Below are positions 54,109 through 64,000 of a stretch of DNA of 64,000 nucleotides, piece by piece. How positions within the stretch are numbered: the first letter of the stretch is position 1; the number at the start of each line of letters is the position of its first letter. The stretch comes from Eledone cirrhosa (Eukaryota). A model generated the notes under the pieces. It worked only from the letters and a program-made list of their open reading frames with translations, was not told the DNA's origin and ran no database searches. The stretch spans positions 17,856,001 to 17,920,000 of the forward strand of contig OZ024745.1 in assembly GCA_964016885.1 (NCBI GenBank), given 5' to 3'. Made by a program: the position numbers and the translations under genes.

Positions 54109-54515
54109 GGGTTGTAGATAGAGGTAAGCAGATGATATTAGAGAGTAAAACGGACAGTATCACCATCAACATGAACAATGTAAAATGAAAAAGAATAATT
54201 TAGTTTCATTTTACGTGTTGTTTCAGCTTGGAAAGAGAAAGTAGCAGAATGTATGAAGTTGTATAGATTTTGAAGGGTAATGGATAGAGTTTAGCACTTG
54301 AAATGAGAGAGGCAAATCGTTTAAATATTGAGTTTTATCGATTTTTTGCGTAATTGTGGGTGAAATTGAAAAAATTATATGTGCCAAGACCCAATCGAAG
54401 CTATTTCGAATACTGAATTGTAAATTTCAATTGAAGAAATTCTATATCGTAGATTTCTATAACAAAGGAGCATGACCATACACTGAGCTTTATAGATTAT
54501 GATATATAAAATCAA

Positions 54516-54554
<39 letters not shown>

Positions 54555-55746
54555 AAATCAATGCATGTATATGCCTATTTAAATAGAGAGCACCTCTGGA
54601 AACATGCTGATGTTGTTGCATACTCGTGGGCCATGTCTAATCAATCGAATCTAGGCTTCATCTAAATAAAATATTTACATATTACGGAATAAAAAGGAAA
54701 ACCCGAAAAATGATGGATGATGAAACACCCTTTACTATTATATATCCGTAAATTTATATAACCTTATCACCACAACATCAAAGAGCACCAAGCTATGTGG
54801 AGGTGCATATTTAACTTCAGCCGAAAGATCATGTAGCCAAACTTCTCGGAGACAACAACAAGATAAAGTCAAATATTCTCCAATTGAAAATAACAACCGC
54901 CCCAAACACAGGAAATAAAGAGTTTACACCACCAATGTAAAGATGAGTGTTGTAAATAATACACAAACGCTTTTCGACCTCTCAATAAAACAAAACTAAG
55001 TTAATGGTGTGTTTCTACTGTATGGGTATTCCGTGCTGTATTAAATAGAACAAAATAGGTATCCAAAGCAATCCTATAGCCAATAACACGAGGAAAGAAT
55101 ATGCAAATACAACGGAAATGAACGTCGCATGTCGTAGTATATATATAGTATAATCACTGATACATCATGTAGCATGAATATAAATTTATGTTGCTGTAGC
55201 TTATGTCGTCATTGTTTAAGTCGTCTCGTAAATGTTTATATTTATTGTGAGATATTTACCTTTCCTGAGATATTACTCGTCCGACATGTGGTGATAAACA
55301 TTTTCTTTGTTTCTCTTGTTTAATCTGTGTAGCTCCCGGCTATCACCTCTTTTCTAGGCTTATGTAAGAAAGTTATCGTTTCTCGATAAACTAAATCGGT
55401 ATCAATCTGGACAATCCAGTCATTGATTTAGTTTAGGACAACACTGTATTGAAATAATGTTGATCATAGTATTATAATCATAGAAACATGTGTTCCACGC
55501 CTAGAACGTCTAATGCATTTTGTTCTTGGGCAAGACTATTTATATAACGTTGCGTTTCATGAGAGAACTGGAGCATCGATCATTGAAACTCTTGGGGAAC
55601 CTACGTTAGGATATTTCAGCTAGTGTACACAAATGATATTTTGAGGGTAATGAGGCTGCAACAGCACCGTCCTAATAAACTAATTCTACGTCCGATATCC
55701 TCAAAATATATTTCTTAATAAACACCCATGCACACATTATACATAC

Positions 55747-56711
<965 letters not shown>

Positions 56712-57420
56712 TAGATAAATCTACCAAAATAAACAGTAGTGTCCAACCCGTATTAAGAACTCAATGTAATCCAAATATAGAAGATATCATGAACAGAGAA
56801 AATGCATTCAAAATTTAACGATAAAAATCATAGGAAAACAGAGTCAAGATAAATTAATAAAAGCAATGAAATAATAACAAAGAACAGGTTCCTTATATTT
56901 AAAAAATCCTCATTTTACGATCGTTTCTGGGATATATATGTGTATGTTGGTATGTATATCATATTAAAGATCTATGTAGAAAAATATTACAAATTATCAG
57001 AGCAGATATACTTACTTTCACATATATATGCCATCCACAGAAATGATGTAGTGTGTTTATTGAAAGAAAGTATTAATACCAAAAGTCTGTTTGGGAACAG
57101 TTTTGAATCGACCAATAGAAAAGAGTTATAGGTCAAGTTGATAGAATAACCGTAGTCGAAACTTTATGCTAGAAGTGGAGGAATGTAAATTTATGCTTTG
57201 AATTAAAAGAATGGGGAAGAGAAAGGTAGGGGTTAAAATGAGGTCAGGTTAATGAAATAGTGAAGGACCCCCCCCCCCCCAAAAAAAAAATGATGTTAGT
57301 AAAGAATGTTGTTAAAAGCATAGGGAAAAGAATGTTTTGTGGGACGAGAGTGTTAGTGAGAAATACTACTTCTGTTTAAATTTTAAGGAACCTAGATACA
57401 TTGTTTTTATTAATTTATTA
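56712..57420 (-). mobile_element. Older PLE 3' end homologous to 39988-40327, with decayed HHR at 56910-57046
   Basis: TCATTT-CTGTGGA-TGGcATATATATGTG...CACATATATATcCCA-GAAA-CGATCG-TA-AAATGA; possible EN tail TEVVFLTNTLVPQNI near 57335-57385. Confidence 0.7.
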
Positions 57421-57428
57421 ATTTATAT

Positions 57429-57740
57429 ATATATAATTGTGTTTGTAACAGATAATCCGTAGACATCGTCAGCAGGAGATTAGATCAAATATGACAAACA
57501 CCTAAATCTAATAGCCACATGAATGAATATTTCGCCTCGTGTGCTCGCTAACTAGGTGAGCTAATAAGTTGGGTGTAATAGGACTGTTATTTCTATACTA
57601 TCCACTCACACCACTTTTGACTTCCCGCACACAAGGTGAAATGTCACTCGTGTGATTATTAGTTTTAGGTGTTTGTCACATTTGATCTAATCTCCTGCTG
57701 ATGATGCCTACGGAATATCTGTTACAAACACAATTATATA
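57429..57740. repeat. Inverted repeat, ~77-bp arms containing CTGA(T/C)GA
   Basis: 57429-57506 is the reverse complement of 57664-57740. Confidence 0.85.
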
Positions 57741-57816
57741 ATGCTCAGTATTTATACTTTGACCTTGTTAATTACAGGGTATCAGTATGAGTTATTAACT
57801 CTGCATTTTATTTGTT

Positions 57817-57914
<98 letters not shown>

Positions 57915-57974
57915 GACACACGCACACACATATGTATATAAACATACATATATATATGTATGTTATGTATGTAT

Positions 57975-58075
<101 letters not shown>

Positions 58076-58225
58076 AATATATATATATATATATATATGC
58101 TTTCCTTCGAGTGAAACAGTTCTAGTCGTGTAGAAGCCGCCATTTCTATATTAAAAAAATTAAATTCTACTATGTATTGATTTCCTTACCTACTATGGTT
58201 TACCCCGATTGAACCAGGGATAGAT

Positions 58226-58267
<42 letters not shown>

Positions 58268-58557
58268 ATATATATATGTGTATATAACATTCGATACACC
58301 AAATACCTCTCATCCTGTCACCCTCAAACATTTTCCTTATTCATTTCCTTACAGAGTCAACTCTATTCAACAATGTAACAGACTTCAATGCTTCCTCACA
58401 AATGTATCACCACAAGAGATGAAGTTATGTAAGAGTCTATCATTTTGCAATTAACAGTGTAAAAAAATAAAACTGGATTTATAAAAAGCAAAAACAATGT
58501 TATTACAAAATACAATTACAGAATCTAGTATATATATGTATGCATGTATGTATGTAT

Positions 58558-60980
58558 GTTCTTCTGGTTTTATAATTTCACAAAGTTTTACCAATAGAGA
58601 GAGAGTCGGTTTCTAACATAGACACAAGACTCTCTCATTGGAATTTATACAACATCAACTAGGTAGATATGTATGTATGCATGCATGTGTAGATATGGAT
58701 GTTATTGTATGTGTGGATGTGTATATTTTGAGTTGTATGTGTGCATGTGTATATGCTTTGTATCTGTACATGTGTATATACAGTTATTAGATGCACAATT
58801 TTTGGAATGTTTTACATATTTTTACTGTTCCATTAATGGATTGTACTTGTAATTTCCTAGCTAGTTGTGTTCTTTCTGTTCCTGTGAAGCCTAGCTTCTC
58901 AAGATTTGTATTGAGGCAGTTACTAACATATCCCAGTGCCCCAATAATCACAGGCATAAATCTGAATGTGTAATCAGGGTGGAGTATCTGCAGATTTCTC
59001 ATCAGTTCTGCATAAATATTCTTCTTTTCACTAATCTTTGATATTATATGGGCATCTGCTGGGCAGTTAATTTCCACTACTGTGCATGTTTTCTTCTCTC
59101 TGTCCCATATCATAATATCTGGTCTGTTATGCCTGCATTTTATTGGGGTTTTTACTGGAACATTCCACCAGTACTCTTTCATATTATGTACATGGATGTC
59201 TTCCACATTGTTGTAGCTTTTAATGTGTTTATTATCGGGGCTATCTTTTTTACGAACTGCATTGTACAGTGTTTTGGCCACTACGTCATGCCTCATATGT
59301 AGATAGTACCGCGATGACATCTTTGGACAGCTGCTGATGACATGGGTGTTTTGCCTGCATCCCTTTCTCTTTTGTGAATCAGGTATTTCGTGCTAATCTC
59401 CTGTTCTTGGATTGCAAATACGTATCCTTCAAAGTGGGAGCCAATATAGCGGTTGTTGGTCCAAGATAGACTACTTTCCTTATCTATATTACTCTCACTC
59501 TGGAGCTTCCTGGCAACATATCCATGCATGATTTTTTGCTGATAGACATGCAGTTTTTCATCCATGCGATACTGATGAGCGACATCCCTGGGTGTGAGTT
59601 TTTGATTATCACACAGGGAATATCTCTCAAGGAGTTCCTTCCCAACTCTCATGATTTTATCTGTTTCATGCAGATAGACTTGCTTGAGAAGCGGGCTCCT
59701 ACGCTTCGAAGTTCGTAGATGATGTCGGAGAGATATGATGCGACATTCAAATGTTGTCTGGACTGATGTTAGGCCTCTGCCTCCCTGCTTACGTTTCAAG
59801 TAAAGGCGGGCTATGTCACTGTTGATGTGGAAGTTTCCGATGTTGATCAGTATTTTTCGAGTTCCAACATCAACTGCTCGGGTTTCGTCTATCGTCCAAT
59901 TGAGTATTCCAAACGTTGGTGTTAGGACAGGCACAGCAAACACATTGTGAGCCACTGTTTTGTTTCGCGCAGAGAGTTCCGATGACTAGATCTTTCTTAA
60001 TCGGGTGTAGTATTTCCTGGTTACGCGTTCTTTATTACAGATACTCATCTATCCCCAGGTATCTGTAGCAGTCCTCATCAGATATCGGTGAAACAGTTAG
60101 ACCATTGATGACAATGTTGCTAGATTGGGTTGTTGTTTTTCCCCGCTTTACAGTCATGTATGAGCATTTATCTTGGCCAAACTCCATTCCTATATCCTTT
60201 GAGAACGTTGTAACCAGGTCAAGATTTTTCTTCATCCCATCAATGTTCTTGGCATAGAGTTTCAGATCGTCCACAAAGAAGTTATGCGTTAGGTTCGTAT
60301 TTCTGACCTCCTGTAAAGCCAATGATATATACCTCACATTTCTTGAGCAGAAAGGACAAGGGGTTTAATGACAAGATGAACAATATCACAGAGACTGTCC
60401 CCCTGAAATATACCCCTGCAATATTTTATTTTATCAGTGAAAATAGAGTCCTCTCTCTCTGTCTTTAACCTTAGGATAGTAGCCCAAGAAGAAGACAGCT
60501 TCTCTATGGCTCTGACAATAATGTATGGGACTTTAGCAAGTTGGGGGGCCTCTATCATCCAAGAGTGGGGAACAGAATCGAAAGCTTTCTTGTAGTCCAG
60601 CCAGACTGTATTCATACTCCTCCTAAGTTGTCGCACCTCCAACATCGCAGTTTTGTTGATTAGGAGTTGTTCAGCACATCCCCAAACCTTTTTCTTTCCA
60701 GCTGCTTGTTCATCTGTGATGATGTTATTATGTTCACAGTGATCTTGGAGGAATAGGTTCAGCCAGGCTGTATACATCTTATACAACAGGTTCTGGCATG
60801 CAATGGGTCGGTAGTTTTTTTACAAGTGGGTGTCTTTGTTCTTGGGGACCAGTAACGTGTGTGCTAATGTCAACCATTCTGGTATAAGTGTATCTCCCTT
60901 AAGAACTTGTTGGTAGAGGTCAGTAAGATACCTCCGATAGAATATTAGTTTTTTGTACCAGTAGCCGACAATCATGTCTC
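58558..60980 (-). mobile_element. R4/Dong-like RLE non-LTR retrotransposon, 5'-truncated and frameshifted
   Basis: VWLDYKKAFDSVPHSW, GIFQGDSL, FVDDLKLY, YRYLG, LYLKRKQGGRGL, MHG, AIQEQ; RLE RHDVVA..NRPDI..VVE..KKNIY..L..PVIIGALG. (CATA)n at both ends. Confidence 0.9.
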
Positions 60981-60984
60981 TATG

Positions 60985-61015
<31 letters not shown>

Positions 61016-61115
61016 GTATGTATGTAATCATGTATATATGTATGTATGTATGAATGTATGTATGTATGTATGTATGCATGCATGCATGTATGTGTGTATG
61101 TATGTATGTATGTAT

Positions 61116-61463
61116 GTGAAGCTTTTATAGTGAGCAAAGGCACTGCACAAAGCCAGTCCCACTCTCTTAACCAAGATGATATTTAACAAAAAGAAGAACA
61201 TGTCAACATCATTGGATACCATCAGAGTTGCAGGTGTTATATCAGGCATTGATTTATATCTGGAGATCTCTCTGCACTTGTCGTCACATGGTACCATGGG
61301 CCCAGCACTACGTGTCAATAACTGTCACAAGTGTAGTGTTTGTACCCGAGATTTCAAATCGCTGGCTAGACTAAAAAGTCACACTCATTCAGCGCATCGG
61401 TAGGGGTTCTCCTACATGGATATAAAGTAGTGGCCGTACTCGAAAATGAGTTGGCAGCCACCA
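61116..61463 (+). mobile_element. Short RTE-derived non-autonomous element in (TATG)n
   Basis: The 3' part encodes CSVCTRDFKSLARLKSH..AH (RTE C-terminal C2H2-like) and ends with the hairpin GTGGC..ACTCG..GAGT..GCCAC followed by (ATGT)n. Confidence 0.6.
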
Positions 61464-61975
61464 TGTATGTATGTATGCATGTATGTATGTATGCATCCAT
61501 GTATGTATGTGTGTGTCTGTTTACTTATAAGTAACTATTATGGCGTACTTCGTCGTAGAGTTGTATATGAAAACATATACGATATATTTCTGTATAATAA
61601 ACATACGAGAATTATGCTATGTAATCTTTTATGAATCGTGATCATGCCACAGCGATCTCAGTGACGCTGAGAATTTCAGATTGTTATTTCTGGATTTTTA
61701 TTGGTCATCAGTTATGTTTACTCAGTCGCTACTGAAAGAAAATAGGGTAAAATATGTTATTTACCTGTGAATCATCGACAGAATATGATAAATCAGTAAC
61801 CGTTGAGAAAGACAGGTGGATGTTCCTTGATTCTTAGCCGTTCCTAGTGATATTTTCCCATTCGGTAGAGAAATAAATAAACTATATTGAATTCTCACTG
61901 GCGACTGAAATTGCTACGACATGTTCACAGCGTAAAATATTCATAGTGAAATAGATAGGTAGACACGTACATACA

Positions 61976-62205
61976 TGGTGGCTGCCAACTCGTTTTCGAG
62001 TACGGCCACTACTTTAAATCCATGTAGGAGAATCCCTACCGATGCACTGAATGAGTGTGACTTTTTAGTCCAGCCAGCGACAAGTGCAGAGAGATCTCCA
62101 GATAAAGCAATGCCTGTGCCGTGAAGCTTTTATAGTGAGCAAAGGCACTGCACAAAGCCATTTCCACTCTCTTAACCAAAATGATATTTACCAAAAAGAA
62201 GAACA
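61976..62205. mobile_element. Rearranged second copy of the 61116 element (3' part inverted, 5' part direct)
   Basis: 61976-62080 is the reverse complement of 61357-61463; 62079-62116 is the reverse complement of 61243-61282; 62121-62205 matches 61116-61201. Confidence 0.75.
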
Positions 62206-62299
62206 TACATGCATACATGCATAATACATACATACATACATAAATAGATAGATAGACAGGTAGAAAATAGATGAGATAGACAGGCAGACAGGCAGATAG

Positions 62300-62307
62300 A
62301 TAAATAT

Positions 62308-62348
<41 letters not shown>
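62300..62348. repeat. (GATA)n microsatellite at the Tx1 3' end
   Basis: Direct reading. Confidence 0.93.
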
Positions 62349-62349
<1 letters not shown>

Positions 62350-64000
62350 TTCTTTATTAGCCACAAGGGCGCAACAAGAAAGGGGACAATACAAATACAT
62401 GCCGGGGATTTTACATACAGTCGTGTAAAAAATATAAAAACAAACAATTTCAACAATCGAAATCCCCAATAGGGGGGAGGCGCCACAAATGGGTTGTTTA
62501 ATACCCCGTCGATAGAACAACCCTCAACTCAAGGAGCGTGTTGTGCAAGTGCTCCTTTCTTCCTGTTGCTCTCTTCCTCAACCTACAGGCTTATAAACAG
62601 AGAAGGCCCAATCACTTGGGCCATTTTCGCTTCATTCACCCACCTTTCAGTAAATTTACTGGGGTGCAGTGCCTCTCTCTCCACCCTGATTCTCCTTCTA
62701 AAGTGATACTTAAAGAATGGAATCAATTGTTGTCCGGAGAGAAAGGCATCTGTCCTCAGTCCTCTCAACCTCGTCCACCATATAACTTCTTTCACCATAG
62801 CCACCGTACAGAGGAAAACCGCCTCTCTTTCGGTTTTGAAAGAGTCTGGCGGTTTGATCCTTACTATGGACTCGGCAGTCAACTGTATTTGTCCCATACG
62901 CGACAGCAGTTGTTCTGCATAGTTCCACAGGTCGCTTACGCCCGGGCAGTGTACAATTGCGTGCAGAACTGTTTCAATGTCCTGCGCACATCTTGGACAC
63001 GTCCTCTTGGAAGGATCCCTGCCAGGGCGTCCGTGCCTGTAGATCTTGTCACGAACCGGTAGAGCTCCTCGGTAGCACTGCCAGGCCAGGGACCTCTGGA
63101 AGTTGTCCATAGGTCCCGGGCGGAAAGTCCTACCAAACATATTGGTGAGCTCATCGTCTTCGACGCCCAGAGTCTCTCCGAGCACGTCGTCGCCCTTGTA
63201 ACGTACAATCCCTCTATAGAATGTCGAAGTGGAGTCTCCACTGATTGCTGCGCCCGCTTGCCAGAGGACTGTGAGCGCCTGAGCGCATTCAATGTGCCAG
63301 GCGCCCATCGTTTTCGGTCTTTTCTTCATCCAGGACTGCAGCTCCGTTAGCGAGACGAGCTGTGGGAAAGCCTGTCTCACAAACGGTGCCCACACCCGTT
63401 GGGGGTCGGTGAGGAATACCTGGAGATGCCGCAGCCTCAGCGCATGTTTGCGCATCATCAGCCACGGCAGTCCCAGCCCTCCGTTGGAAGGGTGCTGACA
63501 GCAGACGGATCTCCTCACCAGCGGAGCCTGCTTCTTCCACAGAAACTGGAAGAGCATGCGTTCCATCTTGGCGAGGTGTTCACGGGGACAAGGCACGACA
63601 GTCAAGCGGTAGTAGATGACGGACGCTATGAAAGTGTTCGCCACCTCCGCTCGACCTTTCAAGGACAGTTTGCACTCTGCCCACTTCTGAGTGAGTGCAA
63701 ACACCTTTGCCGTGACCTCGTTCCAGTTTTTCTCCACCTGGAGGTCTGGACCGAACCAGACCCCGAGCAATTTCACCGGTCCGTCCGTCCAGCGTCCAAC
63801 GACGCTGTCGGCCGTCATCGGTTTGCCTCTCCACGTACCGAGTTGCAAACCGACAGACTTGTCTGGGTTTAGTTTTGCTCCCGTCAGCGTTTCGTATTCT
63901 TTCAGTATGTTGCCGATCACCCCGATTTCTGAGGTGCTCGACACCATTACTGTCACGTCGTCGGCATAAGCCGACGCCGCTTTGCGCAGTCCCGGTTCTA
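62349..64000 (-). mobile_element. Tx1/L1-clade LINE, 3' portion (continues past the window edge)
   Basis: ORF2 C-terminal half plus a ~235-bp 3' UTR ending AATAAA-gaaa-(TCTA)n. Confidence 0.92.
62583..64000 (-). CDS. Tx1/L1 ORF2: RT C-terminal part (AYADD) and zf-RVT/CCHC region; open to the window edge
   Basis: SAYADDV near 63955-63975, GAKLNPDKS, LLGV, LSLKGR, FLW, GGLG, CPRC..ETVLHAIVHCP; no stop over more than 457 codons. Confidence 0.9.
   Translation of the reverse strand, partial: EPGLRKAASAYADDVTVMVSSTSEIGVIGNILKEYETLTGAKLNPDKSVGLQLGTWRGKPMTADSVVGRWTDGPVKLLGVWFGPDLQVEKNWNEVTAKVFALTQKWAECKLSLKGRAEVANTFIASVIYYRLTVVPCPREHLAKMERMLFQFLWKKQAPLVRRSVCCQHPSNGGLGLPWLMMRKHALRLRHLQVFLTDPQRVWAPFVRQAFPQLVSLTELQSWMKKRPKTMGAWHIECAQALTVLWQAGAAISGDSTSTFYRGIVRYKGDDVLGETLGVEDDELTNMFGRTFRPGPMDNFQRSLAWQCYRGALPVRDKIYRHGRPGRDPSKRTCPRCAQDIETVLHAIVHCPGVSDLWNYAEQLLSRMGQIQLTAESIVRIKPPDSFKTEREAVFLCTVAMVKEVIWWTRLRGLRTDAFLSGQQLIPFFKYHFRRRIRVEREALHPSKFTERWVNEAKMAQVIGPSLFISL

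Noticed and set aside
61176-61403. Host C2H2 zinc-finger gene
   Set aside because: A single finger inside a repeated element followed by an RTE-type 3' tail.

Overview
AT-rich animal genomic DNA with no host gene I can support. The tRNA-SINE families resemble octopod cephalopod SINEs (recognised from memory, not searched). The window is a mosaic of microsatellites and retroelements: a near-full-length but decayed Neptune-type Penelope-like element (PLE; RT + GIY-YIG, 3109-9392) with an inverted pLTR, a 5'-truncated Naiad-type PLE, further PLE 3' ends, a GC-rich CRE-like RLE element with an N-terminal PHD finger, an R4/Dong-like element, a Tx1/L1 ORF2 running off the right edge, RTE/CR1 fragments, SINEs and Helitron-like ends. 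The main signal outside the ORF track is a dense set of type I hammerhead ribozyme (HHR) motifs, about 20 intact or decayed, from roughly ten unrelated sequence families. Most sit in non-coding elements inserted in (AT)n, either as 130-600 bp tandem or terminally redundant units (retrozyme-like) or as fold-back inverted repeats. Several have a U3:A8 core variant or a helix II enlarged to 50-115 nt, and many truncation or inversion points fall inside or next to the ribozyme. All RNA structures were paired by eye and need computational and biochemical confirmation.
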